Assembly (NCBI GenBank): GCA_963716255.1
Contig: OY970303.1
Location: 7,040,001 to 7,104,000 of the forward strand
Origin: an uncultured Gemmatimonadales bacterium
GTDB taxonomy: Bacteria > Gemmatimonadota > Gemmatimonadetes > Longimicrobiales > Longimicrobiaceae
Length of the DNA stretch: 64,000 nucleotides
Direction of reading: 5' to 3'
Part shown: piece after piece, positions 1 to 64,000 of the stretch
Layout of the letters: each line of letters begins with the position of its first letter
Numbering within the stretch: the stretch's first letter is position 1
Position numbers and translations under genes: made by a program
Notes under the pieces: generated by a model
Told to the model about the DNA's origin: nothing
The model's database searches: none
The model's input: the letters and a program-made list of their open reading frames with translations, nothing else

Positions 1-1
1 G

Positions 2-15573
<15,572 letters not shown>

Positions 15574-15649
15574 GCGGGCCGGTCGCGCGGCCCGCAGGAT
15601 CTCACCGACTGGAGGCCGCCCGGGGCAGACGATCGCCCCGGGCGGCCTC
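15574..15649 (+). terminator. Two GC-rich hairpins directly after the gene 1 stop (terminator or mRNA-stabilising structure)
   Basis: GCGGGCCG/CGGCCCGC (15574-15595) and a perfect 15-bp stem GAGGCCGCCCGGGGC/GCCCCGGGCGGCCTC (15612-15649); no U-tract follows. Confidence 0.5.
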
Positions 15650-15797
15650 GCGTCTACCCGCTTCCGGCCGCGGGGAGCCGGAGGGGTGCGGACCCGATCG
15701 ACGGTCGCGGCGGCCAGCCGGCCGATGCGGAATCCGTGAGAATCGGGCTCCCTGAATCATCGGCAGGGCGCCGAAGGCAGGGATGCCGTGCAGCTCT

Positions 15798-15845
15798 CCC
15801 CCTTTCCCCCGCTTGCGGGGGAGAGGGGGCCGGGGGGTGAGGGGG
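15798..15845. repeat. Intergenic palindromic REP-like element
   Basis: CCCCCTTTCCCCCGC-tt-GCGGGGGAGAGGGGG followed by CCGGGGGGTGAGGGGG. Confidence 0.6.
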
Positions 15846-16053
15846 CCGGCACTCACGGACGCCAGCACCAGCCCCGCGTGAGGGATTTCGGCCCGAAGGG
15901 GCGAGACCGCGCGGCTGTTTGCGCGGGCTCGACTCCGTTAGCCCGCGTCGTTTGCGGGCTTACGGAGCCGAAGCCCGACCCCGGCGCCAGCCGGGGGCAC
16001 GCCCGAACCTATCCGTTCAACCGCCTTCGAACGGTTCCGGAATGTACCAAGGC

Positions 16054-16110
16054 TCCGCTGGACGGATATCCGCTGGACGGATTGTGCGAGATCGTGTCAC
16101 ATAATATGCT
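16054..16110 (+). promoter_or_regulatory. Putative sigma70-type promoter for gene 2 with an adjacent tandem operator-like repeat
   Basis: TTGTGC (16082-87)-N17-TATGCT (16105-10) in an AT-richer patch; direct repeat TCCGCTGGACGGAT at 16054-16067 and 16069-16082. Confidence 0.45.
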
Positions 16111-16174
16111 TGTGGCCCGCGTTCGGGGACAGGCCCCGGCTCCACTTCTCCCATGCGCCTGTCTCGGGTCTGCG

Positions 16175-44837
<28,663 letters not shown>

Positions 44838-44917
44838 GCGCCCGCCGCCACCGCGCGGGAGAGCGCGCCGGGGGCCGGGGGCACGTCCGCCGGCCGATCC
44901 CCCGGCTCGTGGCGAAG

Positions 44918-44950
44918 TTGCGGTTATTTCCAGACTGTTGTTAATTAGGA
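44918..44950 (+). promoter_or_regulatory. AT-rich promoter-like patch upstream of gene 3
   Basis: TTGCGG…TGTTAATTAG is the only AT-rich stretch in the 260-bp intergenic region; the -10 match is weak. Confidence 0.25.
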
Positions 44951-45096
44951 AGCCTGGATCGAGGCGCGGGTCGCCGGGCCTTCCGGTGGCGGCGCGAGCT
45001 GCGAAGCGACTCCCGGCAGGGTGATCGACACCCCTCCGCGCAGGAACCGGGCTCGGTCCCCTCCTGCCGCCTCTCCCCCGGCCGTTTGGCGCTCAG

Positions 45097-64000
<18,904 letters not shown>

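Noticed and set aside
16083..16101. CRP/FNR-like site (TGTG…TCACA)
   Set aside because: Half-site spacing does not fit TGTGA-N6-TCACA.
15788..16174. N-terminal extension of gene 2 from the GTG at 15788
   Set aside because: It translates the palindromic element and the promoter-like region; C-domain homology starts at MENVES (16175). ATG 16106 overlaps the putative -10.

Overview
Very GC-rich bacterial DNA that is almost entirely a giant nonribosomal peptide / hybrid polyketide assembly-line locus. It holds three co-oriented (+) megasynthetase genes. Gene 1 (<2..15573, 5'-truncated): A-T | C-A-T | KS-AT-ACP | C-A(Leu)-T-E | C-A(beta-Ala)-T. Gene 2 (16175..44837, about 9,550 aa): 8 NRPS modules ending in TE, including an internal Gly module whose A domain is interrupted by a luciferase-like monooxygenase and followed by T-E. 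Gene 3 (45097..>64000): FAAL-ACP lipo-initiation and at least 5 NRPS modules, one with an N-methyltransferase. Each gene has one single-base frameshift (about 2820, 27711 and 47170), most likely long-read or assembly errors. The two short intergenic regions carry hairpins, a palindromic repeat element and promoter/operator-like motifs. No RNA genes, CRISPR arrays, transposases, transporters or regulators were seen. Domain boundaries and A-domain codes were read by eye, so they are approximate, and substrate calls other than Leu, beta-Ala, Gly and Val are tentative.
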